DNA of 64,000 bases, taken from contig OX597838.1 of NCBI GenBank assembly GCA_951406725.2, forward strand, positions 28,024,001 to 28,088,000. The letters are read 5' to 3'. Below are positions 50,845 to 63,691 of the stretch, one piece after another; positions within the stretch are counted from its first letter, which is position 1; each line of letters begins with the position of its first letter. The notes under the pieces were generated by a model that had not been told where the DNA came from, ran no database searches, and saw only the letters and a program-made list of their open reading frames with translations. The stretch comes from Octopus vulgaris (taxonomy: Eukaryota). Made by a program: the position numbers and the translations under genes.

Positions 50845-51619
50845 TTTTGTTAAAATCTTCGTTCGACTCCATTCTTTCATTTATTCATTTTAAAAATTAC
50901 ACAAATTACCACACAAGAACATGGGGTTTCTACCCTTGGCATGTAGCTACAACCGTGTTTTCTGACGTGAATTTGCTACCCAGGTATCGATTAACCGAAT
51001 TATCAATGCTAGGATAATTCATTCACCTACTTATATATATATATGCTAGCATGGAAAGCGGACGTTAAACGATGATGATATATATATATTTATATATATG
51101 TGTGATGGGCTTCTTTCAGTTTCTGTCTACCAAATCCACTCACAAGGCTTTGGTCAGCCTGGGGCTATAGTAGAAGACACTTGCCCAAGGTGCCACCTAG
51201 AACTAAGTGGTTGGGAAGCAAGCTTCTTACCACACAGCCATGCCTGCACCCATTTGTCAGGTTTATGGAGGCAATGTGACTTTCAGAGAATAGCAGTTCA
51301 TTTTTTGGGATATTCAACATCATTTTGGGATAACCATAAAATTTCATTTTGCAGTTAAAGGGTTCAAAAACATGGCTGTTTAGTACAGGTAGTGCTAGGA
51401 GGCTGGGTGTGTGTGGGTGTGTGGAGATTGGTGTTTAGTGGTGCTTCTACTTATTCTCTTCCTTCTCTCCTTTCTAAGAGTCTTGGAATGTATTTTTGTT
51501 TTATTTCTCTTCATGTTTACTGCTCCATTGCAGTAGAAATCTCCACAAGCAATAATACTGCTGCTCTTAAAAGAGAATTCCTATTAACACATCTTCCATC
51601 TCTCAGTTTGTCTAACTCC

Positions 51620-52255
51620 CCTATCTCTCTATTTCCCCCCTCTCTCTCTCTCTTTCCCCCTCTCTCTTTTCCCTCTCTTTCTCTCTATTTCCTATCTCTC
51701 TCTCTATCTCTCTCTCTCTCTCTATTTCCCTCTCTCTCTCTATTTCCCTATCTCTCTCTCTATTTCCCCCCTCTCTCTCTCTATTTGCCTATCTCTCTCT
51801 ATTTCCCCTCTCTCTCTATTTCCCTCTCTCTTTGCCCTCTCTCTCTCTCTCTCTCTCTCTCTTCCCTCTCTCTTTTCGCTCTCTCTCTTCCCCCCTCTCC
51901 CCCCCTCTCCCCCTATTTTCCCTCTCTCCCCCTATTTTCCCTCTCTCCCCCTCTCTCTTTCTCTTTTCTCTCTTCTCTTTTCTCTCTTCTCTTTCTCTCT
52001 TCTCTCTCCTCTTTCTCTCTTTTCTCTCTCCTCTTTCTCTCTTTTCTCTCTCCTCTTTCTCTCTTTTCTCTCTCCTCTTTCTCTCTTTTCTCTCTCCTCT
52101 TTCTCTCTTTTCTCTCTCCTCTTTCTCTCTTTTCTCTCTCCTCTTTCTCTTTTCTCTCTCCTCTTTCTCTCTTTTCTCTCCTCTTTCTCTCTTTTCTCTC
52201 TTCTCTCCTCTTTCTCTCTTCTCTCTCTCCTCTCCTCTCTCTCCTCCTCTCTTTC
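51620..52255. repeat. Polypyrimidine (CT-rich) tract with ~22-bp sub-repeats
   Basis: Directly visible. Confidence 0.95.
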
Positions 52256-52741
52256 ACACACTTCTGTCCATCCATCCTTCTAGCTATTTATGTGGGAGTT
52301 GTTGCTGTAAGATGAGGTAGTTATTATTTAAGATGGTGTTGATTCTTTATCCCCGTCTCTGTCTCTCTTTCTCTTCCCCTCTCCCCCTCTCCTCCCTCTC
52401 CTTTTGTACTTTTATTGTTTCATTTCAGAGCGCTATCTTCTTAAAACGGGATTAAATAATTTGCACCAACTGCTGCTGTTGGCAATCTACCGGCTCAGAC
52501 AGACTGGTAGCACAACATCTTATTGATTACAGATTCATTTTTGTTTTCTTTTCCAACTCTTTACACTCTGAGTTCAAATTCCATTTAGGCCAACTTAGCA
52601 TTTCATCCTTCCACGGTCAATAAAATAAAGTACCAGTTGAATGCTGGGGTCAATACAATCGACTAACCTCCACCTTTCAAAATTTCTCTCCTCTTACCTA
52701 TATTGGAAATAGCGGTAAGAAATTCTCAAGAGAACTGAACA

Positions 52742-53135
52742 GCAGGTGTGGCTGTGTGGTAAGTAGCTTGCTTACGAACCACATGGTTCTGGGTTCAGTC
52801 CCACTGCGTGGCATCTTGGGCAAGCGTCCTCTACTATAGCCTTGGGCAAGCGTCCTCTACTATAGCCTTGGGCCGACCAAAGCCTTGTGAGTGGATTTGG
52901 TAGACGGAAACTGAAAGAAGCCTGTCGTATATATGTATATATATATATATGTGTGTGTGTGTTTGTCCCCCCTCCATTGCTTGACAACCAATGCTGGTGT
53001 GTTTACGACCCCGTAACTTAGCAGTTCGGCAAAAGAGACCGATAGAATAAGTACTAGGCTTGCAAAGAATAAGTTCCGGGGTCAATTTCTTTGTGGTGCT
53101 TCAACATGGCCACAGTCAAATGACTGAAACAAGTA
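52742..53135 (+). mobile_element. SINE family A with an internal 26-bp tandem duplication
   Basis: CTTGGGCAAGCGTCCTCTACTATAGC is repeated at ~52815-52866. Confidence 0.88.
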
Positions 53136-53419
53136 ATGAACAGGTCTTCAAAGAGCACCCCCCTCCACACAACCAGCTCAGGCAAGTGCTTTTGGTCCTT
53201 AACTTCTTATACTCCAAGGGGGGGGGGGGGTCAGGCTGCATTCGGGTCATGGCCCCTCGGTGTCCTTCTCCTGATATTTTTTTTAACCACTTGGATATCG
53301 GAGACTTGTGCGTTTAAACTGCTTGGAGATTTCGTCTAATTGTAACTCCTCCGCTTATATTAGAAATAAGGGAATTGACAATATTGTTAATATCGCAAAC
53401 ATGCCTTGTTGTATTTGTT

Positions 53420-53808
53420 GTACTTGATTGGTACTTACCCTATTGACCCTAGAGATGATAGGCAAAGATGACCCTGGCAGGAATTGACCTCAAAACTTAA
53501 AATGTCAAAATAAATATCACAAGGTATTTTAACCACAAATAACAAGTCTACCAATCTACCATATTTATAAGAGTAATAATTCTTTCTATAATGGGCACAA
53601 GGCCTTCAATTTTGTGGAGGTTGGTCAATTACTTTGACCCCAATGCTCACATCATACTTTATTTTATTGATCCCTAAAGAAGGAAAGACAAAGTAAGACT
53701 TCAACTCTGAACTCAGGCAATACAATAATATTGGTTTCAAATTCTGGCACAAGGTCAGCAGTTTGGGGGAAGGGGCCAAGTCGATTAAAGCAACCCCAGT
53801 GCTCAACC
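53420..53808. repeat. Inverted duplication partner of 62912-63536
   Basis: Collinear reverse-complement match across several old SINE-B fragments and their spacers. Confidence 0.88.
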
Positions 53809-54304
53809 TTCCAAGTTCTAATCCTGTGAAGGTTGACTTTACCGTCCACCCCCTCCATGGTTGATGAAACCAAGTGCCAGTTAAGTACTTGGGTGAGGGT
53901 CAATACAATCGACTCACTTCCTTACATTTTAAACCTTGTACTGTATTAAGTCAATTGTTTTTTTTATTTATTAGATAGTGTATCTTGGGGGAGATTTTGC
54001 TGCTATTTTTAGCAGCAAAATGCTCCTGCCGAAGCTTTCCTAATTGGTGTCATCGTTTAGTCCCAGGTCAGCCACGGTGAAGCAAACCCATGATCAAAGG
54101 CATTTCAGCTGTGACCATCCAGTCTTTTATTCAAACACAGAACATCCTTTTTCCTTTTAGAGTTGATCTGATGGAGAATTGGTTGAACTGGGCTATTTTG
54201 GTGATGGTGGTGGTGGTATCGGAAAAGGGGTCTTGGTGATGGGGGTGGATGTGTTGCCAGTTTGTTTGTATATGTGGCTCTTATCTTTCAGTGACATAGA
54301 AACT

Positions 54305-54406
54305 CCCTTCTCTCTCTCTCTTGTCTCTCTTCTCTCTCTCTTTGTCTCTCTTCTCTCTTTTTGTCTCTATTCTCTCTCTTTTTGTCTCTCTTCTCTCTTT
54401 TTGTCT

Positions 54407-54465
<59 letters not shown>

Positions 54466-54780
54466 TCTCTCTCTGTCTCTCTGTCTCTCTCTCTCTCTTT
54501 GTCTCTCTTCTCTCTCTGTCTCTCTTCTCTCTCTCTCTTTGTCTCTCTTCTCTCTCTCTTGTCTCTCTTCTCTCTTTTTGTCTCTCTTCTCTCTCTCTTT
54601 GTCTCTCTTCTCTCTCTCTTTGTCTCTCTTCTCTCTCTCTTTGTCTCTCTTCTCTCTCTTTTTGTCTCTCTTCTCTCTTCTCTCTCTCTTTGTCTCTCTT
54701 CTCTCTCCTTGTCTCTATTCTCTCTCTCTCTCTCTCTTTTTGTCTCTCTTCTCTCTCTCTCTCTTTGTCTCTCTCTCGCT
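54305..54780. repeat. CT-rich minisatellite (TTTGTCTCTCTTCTCTCTC-like)
   Basis: Directly visible. Confidence 0.95.
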
Positions 54781-55686
54781 ATCAATCTCCCTTCTCTCTA
54801 TCAATATCTCTTTCACTCTCTCTGTAGCGCTCCTTTCTCTGTATTTGTGCCTATCTCTTCTTTCTTTGGCTCTCTTATTCTTCAGTTTGTGTTTGTAGTG
54901 GTGGTCATGTTAATAATGGTCACTGCAGCGATCATGGTGTTTGTAACAAGTTGCCTGAAACTATTGTTCTCCTTTCTGTCTCTTTCTCTTCATAAAATTT
55001 TTATTGCCCCCCTCCCCCACCATTACATTTCTTTTCCTTTCTCTTTTTTGTTATTGCTGTTGTTATTTAAGTCTTCTGAGGTTGTTTTAATCCATTTGTG
55101 CTAATTCTTTTCAATCTGTTAATAAATCACTTGAATAGTGTGTGTGTGTGTATATACATACATGTATTTGTGTATGCATGAAAGTGTGTGTGTATGAGTG
55201 TGTAGACTCTGATACAAATTCTTTCCTGTTTTCCACTTTTCCTTTTCGCCAAGTGAAATTCTTCCCTTTCAAAACAACGGAGGTTTATCAAATTTACCGA
55301 AGATATGGCATTATCTGCCAAATTCCTGCCAGTCTTACAGACTGAAGTAAATATGCACCACTGGTTTTCTTTCTCCTTCCTACAGATATTCCAAATCTCT
55401 TAATGTCTGTTTGGCTATCAATTTGATACTCACTCGTAGCAATTAAGAGAGTAATTTTATGCAAGAATATACATTTACAAATAATTTTCAAAATTATAAT
55501 TCCTGGAGGGAATGAGTGCATGGCTGGTAGCTAAAACTTTATGATTGCAACCCAGTTGGATCTCATTTATCTTCTGTGTAGTTAGTATACCTTCCTGTTT
55601 GCTCTATCGCCACAATTTAACATTTTTAGTGTAGTTGGGGTAAAGGGTTACATTCATCGGCCGTGTAGTCAAAACCCATAATAATC

Positions 55687-55895
55687 TTACTCATTTACTT
55701 GTTTCAGTCATTTGACTGCGGCCATGCTGGAGCACCACCTTTAGTCGAGCAAATTGACCCCGGGACTTATTCTTTGTAAGCCTAGTACTTATTCTATCGG
55801 TCTCTTTTTGCCAAACTGCTAAGTGACGGGGTCATAAACACACCACCATCGGTTGCCAAGCAATGCTAGGGGGACAAACACAGATACACAAACAT

Positions 55896-55928
<33 letters not shown>

Positions 55929-56089
55929 CATATATACGACGAGCTTCTTTCAGTTTCCGTCTACCAAATCCACTGACAAGGCTTTGGTCGGCCCGAGGCT
56001 ATAGTAGAAGACACTTGCCCAAGGTGCCACACAGTGGGACTGAACCCAGAACCATGTGGTTGGTAAGCAAGCTATTTATCACATAGCCA
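55687..56089 (-). mobile_element. SINE family A
   Basis: Family head and tail. Confidence 0.9.
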
Positions 56090-57344
56090 AACTATCTGTA
56101 ATATTTCAGCCCTGTCTGATCGTATTCATCATCCAGGTAGTTGAGACCCTTCATGATTCAGTCATCATCATCTAATATCTGTTTTCTATGCTGGCATGGG
56201 TTGAATGACTTGACTGGAGTTGGTAAACGAGAGAGCTATTCCGGGCTACATTATATGTTCTGTCATGGTTTCTATGGCTGGATACTGTTCCTAATGCCAA
56301 CCATTCTGCAAAGTGCACTGGGTACTTTTTATGTGGCACTAGAACTAGTGCTTCTAACATGGCACTAGCATGAGTGCATTTTATGTGGTACAAGCACTGG
56401 TATCAATTCTACTGCCATGGATGGCCCTTCTTGGGTACAGCAAGGCGCCAGATAACTCTATCCTTTATCTATAATATTTTAGTATAATTGGATCACATTT
56501 ATATTCTATGCAGTCAGAACCATTCAGAGTCTCAATCACAGTTTCTATTGGCTCACATTCATCTGCTGTCTGGTCAGAACACTGCATGGTCTCTGTCACA
56601 TACAGCTCATAATATTTCAGTCTCAAAGGGTCACATTTGTTATCAGAGTAACCAGAAACCATCTTGAATTTTCAATTATAGTGTATATAATATCTCATTC
56701 TACATCATCAGTTAATCCCTCCTCCTCTCAATCACACTGTCTAGAGAACAGTGTTGATCTGCAACGCAGTCAGAATATTTCGTGATCTTTCAGTCTGTGT
56801 TTATAACATTTCAGTCAATATTTAGAATTAATCATTTAGTGATGTAAATTCTGACGATAACCATGGGAGGAAAATTACGTGATACACTTCACAGCAGAGA
56901 TTCCTGACTTTTTGTAGTACATTGCGTACATTGGCTCTTTTCCTGGAATAGCATTAGAAAAGCTTCCTCATGTTTCTGTAGATTTAATTATTAAAAAAAA
57001 AAAAAAAAATCAAACAGCAATTTTGCGCAGTGGTTTATTATCCACTCTGACACTGTCCAATCTGGCATCATCACTGTTTAATGTTTGTTTCCTATGTTGG
57101 CATGGGTTGGGCATTCAACAGGAGCTGGTGAGCCAGAAGAGTGTGCCAAGTTTCAGTGTTTGCTTGGGCATGGTTTTGATGGTTCAATGCCCTTTCCTGG
57201 TGTAAATGTACTCACTTTTTAGATATTTTCACAAACTAGTGCCCCCTATGTGAAATTTCTTATAAGGCAAAGACTTATCTACTGAAGCTGTATGAGACCT
57301 TTGTGCACCAACATGTTCAACTCTTGTTTTGATCATGACAAATA

Positions 57345-57770
57345 TCATCATCATCATCATCGTTTAATGTCCGCTTTCCATGCTAGCATGGGTTAGACAC
57401 TTTGACTGAGGTCAGGCGAACCAGATAGCTGCACCAGGCTCCAATCTGATCTGGCAGAGTTTCTACAGCTGGATGCCCTAATGTCAACCATTCCGAGATT
57501 GTAGTGGATGCTTTTATGTGTCACCGGCACAAGGGCCAGTCAGGCGGTACTGGGAATGGCCACACTCAAATGGTGTTTTTTTATGTGCCGCCTGCACAGG
57601 AGCCAGTCCAGCGGCACTGGCAATGACCTCGCTCAAATGTTTTTTCACGTGCCAGTGGCATTTTTATGTGCCACCGACATGGAAGCCAGTCAGCTGCTCT
57701 GGCAACGATCATGCTCGGATGGTGCTCTTAGCACTCCACTGGCACAGGTGCCAGTCATTGAATTTCATTC
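57345..57770 (-). mobile_element. RTE 3' UTR and terminus
   Basis: (CAT)n followed by the reverse complement of 44765-45241. Confidence 0.85.
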
Positions 57771-58218
57771 GATTGGAAAAATGTCTTTAAAATAGTTATT
57801 TGTATTTAAATATTTATTTCTAAGAAATATGATGGTCCGTCTAAACACCAAGCACCCTTTGGCATTTGATATCTCCTGCTCCCTTTGTTAGCTCACAATG
57901 CCTTCACTCCTAGAAAAAGTGCTGCTTCCTTGATTAAGGGCCATTGCTGCCAAACATATGACTGAATAAGATCTATAGAGTAATATATAAGTTTGGGAGT
58001 TGTACATCTTTGGTAAGGAATTTGTTCTGTGATTGAATGTTGAAACTGTTACATCATGGTAGTTATGACAACCAGTTAATGTACTCTTCCTCATTTCATC
58101 CCTCCCTCACACACACACACACACACTCTCTCTCTCTGTCTCTCATACTCACACATTTGCATGTGGACACAAGCATGTGCATGTGTGCACACATACACAA
58201 ACACATTCCCACTTTTTA

Positions 58219-58313
<95 letters not shown>

Positions 58314-58887
58314 GGAGTAAACACATAAATGTGAAACAAGGTGGAAAAAAAGAGTACTCAAATACCAGGGGTAGAGTAATATGCTTTATTTAAAAGCAGC
58401 AGAAATTCAACAAAACCTGTTACTGCTGTTTTTAAATAAAGTATATATATATATCTCACATCATTATATTCTCCTTTCATTATTATTTTATAACAGTGTC
58501 ATATATTATTTAGTATCAAAGTCTTTCCTTGACCGTCTACAACCTGGTCAATGAAACTCCATTGTCAGTGACCAGGTCATAGATATAATCCTTGGTATTT
58601 AGGAGATAACTTTTTTTTTTATATAATATTAGCCTAAACCGATAAAGATGTACCTCTAAAATCTTGGAAAAGAATGTCCTGCCAAAGACCTTGTAAGGAA
58701 TTAAAATATTTGATATTTTGTTTTACTCTTGACCCTTCTCGCTGTCCCTTTATCACTTTTGTCCATCCATTTCTGTCTCCTTTTCCTCTCTCTCTCTGTT
58801 TGTCTCTCTCTCTCTCTCTGCCAATCACTCTCTATGCATTTCGTCCTTTTCTGTTTCATTCATTCAGTGAGATAGAAACTTCTCCAC

Positions 58888-59016
58888 TTCTCTCTCTCTC
58901 TGTAGATCTTTCTCTCTGTCTCTCCCTCTCTCTGTCTGTCTGTCTCTCTCTCTGTCTGTCCCTCTCTCTGTCTCTCTCTGTTTCTCTCTGTCTCTCTCTG
59001 TTTGTCTGTCTGTCTC

Positions 59017-59081
<65 letters not shown>

Positions 59082-59333
59082 GTCTGTCTGTCTCTCTCTG
59101 TCTGTCTGTCTCTTTCTGTCTGTCTGTCTGTCTCTCTCTGTCTGTCTGTCTCTCTGTTTCTCTCTCTTTCTGTCTGTCTCTCTCTTTGTCTGTCTGTCAC
59201 TCTCTTTGTCTGTCTGTCTCTCTCTTTGTCTGTCTGTCTCTCTCTTTGTCTGTCTGTCACTCTCTTTGTCTGTCTGTCTCTCTCTTTGTCTGTCTGTCAC
59301 TCTCTTTGTCTGTCTGTCTCTCTCTGTCTGTCT
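58888..59333. repeat. (TCTG/TC)n microsatellite
   Basis: Directly visible. Confidence 0.95.
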
Positions 59334-60012
59334 AAACAATCCTCTCTTTCTTATTGGGTTGTCAAACCTCTATCGACATTCAGATTACTCAATCAAACAT
59401 AATAATGCTTGTTCATTCACACTGGTTTGAAGTAATCGTGTATTATCTCATCGCTTTGAGATTTTGATAATGTGATAGCTTACCTTTAGAATAACATTGT
59501 AGGGTAGGTGTGAGAGGCTTGATCTGGTTGGTATCTACATAAAACAGGTAGAATATCTAGGCCGAATATGGCCTGTTTGAATGTTAAAAGGTTTAACGAT
59601 AGCCTCGTTTCTTTGTGTTGTCTCTATTCATTAGTTCTTTTTCATTCCCAAACAACAGTTGTGTAGAAGAGACATTTTCATGTCACCAGCACTGTTAGAC
59701 ATTGCTGTCTCCTAACACCAACACCTGTGGCATTGGCGGTGGAGTGAGGAGTGAGCAGAAAGTAATGGACAAGAGCCAGTGTTGAGAGGGTGATGGGAGA
59801 AAGGGTAATAGAAGAGAGCGCAGGAGTAAAAAGTGGAAGAGGAGGAGGGAGATAGAGTGATAGCAAATGGAGAGTAATAGAGGGAAGCGAGGGGGGGCGA
59901 GGGGAGAGCAATAGGCAGTGAGTGATAGAGGTGAGAGTGACAAGGAGTAAGAAACTGGAGAGAGAGCTGAATGTCTTCAGAAAAGAGACGTTGCTCATGC
60001 TAGTGTTTTGGC

Positions 60013-60477
60013 TCTGAACTCTTCAGCATTCAAGATTATTCTGGCAGATTATTCTGTTTAATGCTTATTTATTCGCACTGTTCTGAATTAATCATGCATT
60101 ATCTCGTAGCTTTGAGATTTCGATGCTGTGACTGCTTGTTTTAACCCTTTAGCATTTAAACTGGCCATATCCGGCCAAAAGTATTCTGCCTGTTTTATGT
60201 TCAAACTGGCCAGATTGGTCTCTCACACCAACCCTACAATATCATCTTAAAAATTAACAGCTACCTCATCAAAATCTCATAGCTACAAGATGATGCATGA
60301 TTAGTTCAAAACAATGTGGGTAAAAAAGGATTAATTTTGGCAGAAAAATGCAAACACTAAAGGGTTAAAAATGACATTGTAGGGTAGGTGTAAGAGGCCT
60401 CGTCTGGCCAGTCTCTACATAAAACAGTTAAAGTATTTGGGCCCAGATGTGGCTGGTTTAAATACCGAAGGGTTAAC
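60013..60477. mobile_element. TTAA MITE nested in the opposite orientation inside a related MITE
   Basis: The inner copy 60142-60368 (TTAACCCTTTAG...CTAAAGGGTTAA) interrupts an outer copy like 59395-59596. Confidence 0.75.
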
Positions 60478-60607
60478 TCCTAACTCTTTAAGAAGAGTTG
60501 TTCATAAAAAGAAGATTAGTTGTGAATTAATGTAGTGCAAATGTAATAGGTGAAAGAAACCCAAAATGTGGGCATTTAGCATCCAACCTCCATTTTCATC
60601 ATCATTT

Positions 60608-60966
60608 GTGGTGGTTAAGAAGCTCACTTTGCAATCATGTGGTTTTGGGTTCAGTCCTATGGCATGGCACCTGGGACAAGTGCCTTCTACTGTAGCCACA
60701 GGTTGACCAATGCCTTGTGAGTGAATTTGATAGTTAGAAACTATGTGGGAGCCTGTCATGTGTATGTGTATTGGTCTCCTCCCCTACATTGCTTGACAAC
60801 TGGTGTTGGTTTATTTACATCCCTGTTACTTACAGTTAGGCAAAAGACGCCAATAGAGTAAGTACTAGATTTTAAAAATAAGTTCAGGCATCAGTTTGTC
60901 CGACTAAAACCCTTCGAGGTGGTGCTCCAGCATGGCTGCAGTTCAGTAACTGAAAGAAATAAAAGA
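60608..60966 (+). mobile_element. SINE family A, old copy
   Basis: GGTGCTCCAGCATGGCTGCAG...GAAATAAAAGA tail. Confidence 0.75.
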
Positions 60967-61001
<35 letters not shown>

Positions 61002-61053
61002 GTTTAAATATTTGTTGTGCAAGATTTTTTATGTGAAGTCATGTGTTGAAACA

Positions 61054-61457
61054 GATATTGTTATATTTCGGAATGGTCATTTTGCCAGTTTAGCCAATAA
61101 AAACACACGAACTATATATTTGGTGTTATTTTGCTTCAGTGTAATACAAATATTACAGGCATCCCCCCCACATACACACACTAAATAAACATAAACGCAC
61201 ATAGAGATATAAGCATGCGCAAATGAAGACATACAATAGAAATACAAAATGGCTGACAGTTAGTAAGGAGAGACACAAATAAGAAAGAAGAAAACAAAGG
61301 ACCACTGATGCGGTCACAGGAGTGTGACGAAAGAACTCTGGCCGAAATAAGATTAAGATTAATGTAAAAAATAAATAACACTGAAGCAAAATAACACCAA
61401 ATATATAGTGCTTGTGTTTTTATTGGCTAAACTGGCAAAATGACCATTCCGAAATAT

Positions 61458-61464
<7 letters not shown>
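61054..61464. mobile_element. (TA)n-flanked fold-back palindrome containing a hammerhead-like motif (61299-61343)
   Basis: ~87-bp arms at 61054-61142 and 61378-61464; GGACCA-CTGATGC-GGTCAC AGGAGT GTGAC-GAAAGAACTC-TGGCC. Confidence 0.65.
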
Positions 61465-61500
<36 letters not shown>

Positions 61501-61503
<3 letters not shown>

Positions 61504-61720
61504 TTTATAATTAGGGTTCAGCAAAGATTTGCTTTACCATATACCGAAGTTTAGAAATAGCAGTCAAAAACCTTAGCTATTTCTTCTACTTTAAAAAGGG
61601 ACTCCCAGAAAAACCAAAATACTTGAAAACAAGTTTTCAAGTATTTTGGTTTTTTGACTGCTATTTCTAAACTTCGGTATGTGGTAAAGCAAATCTTTGC
61701 TGAACCCTAATTATAAAGTA
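61501..61720. repeat. Nested inverted repeats
   Basis: Outer ~72-bp arms at 61501-61572 and 61648-61720; inner 22-bp perfect stem at 61609-61654 with a 2-nt loop. Confidence 0.92.
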
Positions 61721-62369
61721 TTACTTAAGTTTACCGTAAATGGTCTTTTTTCATGCCGAATTCTACTTGGTGAAATTATTGATGACTTCTTAATTAATTA
61801 ATTTTACCCTTTGTTATTATTTATGTGTGTGTGTGTGTGTGTGTGTGTGTTTATATTGATACAAAATGTGAAAATTGTGTGTTTACATATCTAACAGCAA
61901 ACTTAAGCATTTGTCATAAATAAGGGGTGGAGCAACACTAGTGATTAGACTGATTTCTTCTCCAAGTAGCTCAAGTGTCATGTGCCAGTGTATGATTTAA
62001 CATAAATAACTTCATTATCTTAAAATTTCTTTAACTGTTTAGCAACCATAGATATCGAATGAGGTTATCTGTCCTTGAACTAGTTTCGTGGGAGTTACCT
62101 TGATAAACAGTAAAATTAAGATTTGTATTTTTTCTCTTTGATTAACCACATTTTCATTTGGAATAAAGGAGGTTTTTATCAACTTTTTCTTACGTTTTCT
62201 TCCTTTTACTGGTTTTTGCCACTGAATTGCAATTTTTCCAGAGACATCGCCTCACAGTCAAGGTCTCTAGTATTGGTAGCCTGTTAAAATTATTGTTGTT
62301 TGAAGGATGACTGGATGATGAAGGTAACTATATAGGTTGCTTTGAGAGGATGTAAGGAATTATTAATAT

Positions 62370-62583
62370 TTCGTCTGGCAGCCAGCCTTGTCTGGCACCT
62401 CTGCCGGTGGCACGTAAAAAGCACCCACTACACTCACGGAGTGGTTGGTGTTAGGAAGGGCATCTAACTGTAGAAACATTGCCAGATCAGACTGGGCCTG
62501 GTGCAGCCTTCTGGCTTCCCAGACCCCAGTTGAACCATTGCTAGCATGGAAGGCGGACGCTAAACGATGATGATGATGATGAT
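62370..62583 (+). mobile_element. RTE 3' terminus
   Basis: Family terminus with (GAT)n tail. Confidence 0.85.
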
Positions 62584-63195
62584 TACATCTGTTTTAAGGC
62601 AGTGAGTTGGCAGGTTCGTTAGCATACTGGGCAAAATGCTTAGCAGTATTTTGCCTGTCTTTATGTTCTGAGTTCAAATTCCGCTGAGGTTGACTTTGCC
62701 TTTTCGGAGTTGATGAAATAAGTACCAGTTATACATTGGGATTGATGTAATCGATTGGCCCCCTCCTCACCAAATTTCAGGCCTTGTTTCTATAACAGAA
62801 AGGATTATTATATCTGTATAGTGGCATTTCATCCATCTCTGCATTCTGAGTTCAAATTCCACTGAGGTTGACTTTGCCTTCATCCTCTTGGGGTTGATAA
62901 AAACAAGTACCAGTTGAGCACTGGGGTTGATTTAATCGACTTGGCCCCTTCCCCTAAACTGTTGACCTTGTGCCAGAATTTGAAACCAATATTATTGCAT
63001 TGTCTGAGTTCAGAGTTCAAGTCTTACTGAGGTCAACTTTGTCTTTCCTTCTTTTGGGATCAATAAAATAAAGTATGATGTGGACATTGGGGTCAAGGTA
63101 ATTGACCAACCTCCTCAAAATTGTAGGCCCTGTGCCTATTATAGAAAGAATTATTACTCTTATAAATATGGTAGATTGGTAGAATTGTTAGTTGT

Positions 63196-63410
63196 GGAAG
63201 GCAGTGAGCTGGCAGAATTGTTAGCATGCCAGGCAAAATGCTTAGCAGTATTTCATCTGCTGCTACGTTCTGAGTTCAAATTCCGCTGAAGTTGACTTTG
63301 ATATAAATAAGTACCAGTTACGCACTGGGGTCGATATAATCGACTTAATCCATTTATCTGTCCTTGTTTGTCCCCTCTGTGTGTAGCCCCTTGTGGGTAG
63401 TAAAGAAATA
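63196..63410 (+). mobile_element. SINE family B inserted into the inverted duplication
   Basis: TSD AGAATTGTTAGTTGT at 63181-63195 and AGAATTAGTAGTTGT at 63411-63425; absent from the partner copy near 53540. Confidence 0.88.
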
Positions 63411-63691
63411 AGAATTAGTAGTTGTTAAAATACCTTGTGGTATTTGTTTTGATATTTTACGTTTTGAGGTCAATTCCTGCCAGGGTCATCTTTGCTTATC
63501 ATCTCTAAGGTCAATAGGGTAAGTACCAATCAGGTATAGAGATCAAAGGTACTGCCTTAACCCTTCTCTCAAAATTTCTGACCTAGAACCTAAATTAGAA
63601 ACCATTGTTGTTATGAACGCATTATTAAAGATAGGGTTTAAGTCCCTTAGATTACATGAACCCTATACTTTGACATCTTGTAATTCTTCTG

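Noticed and set aside
51392-52320. Long Leu/Ser/Phe and Arg/Glu ORFs (also 54179-55104 and 58674-59430)
   Set aside because: Translations of CT-rich simple repeats.
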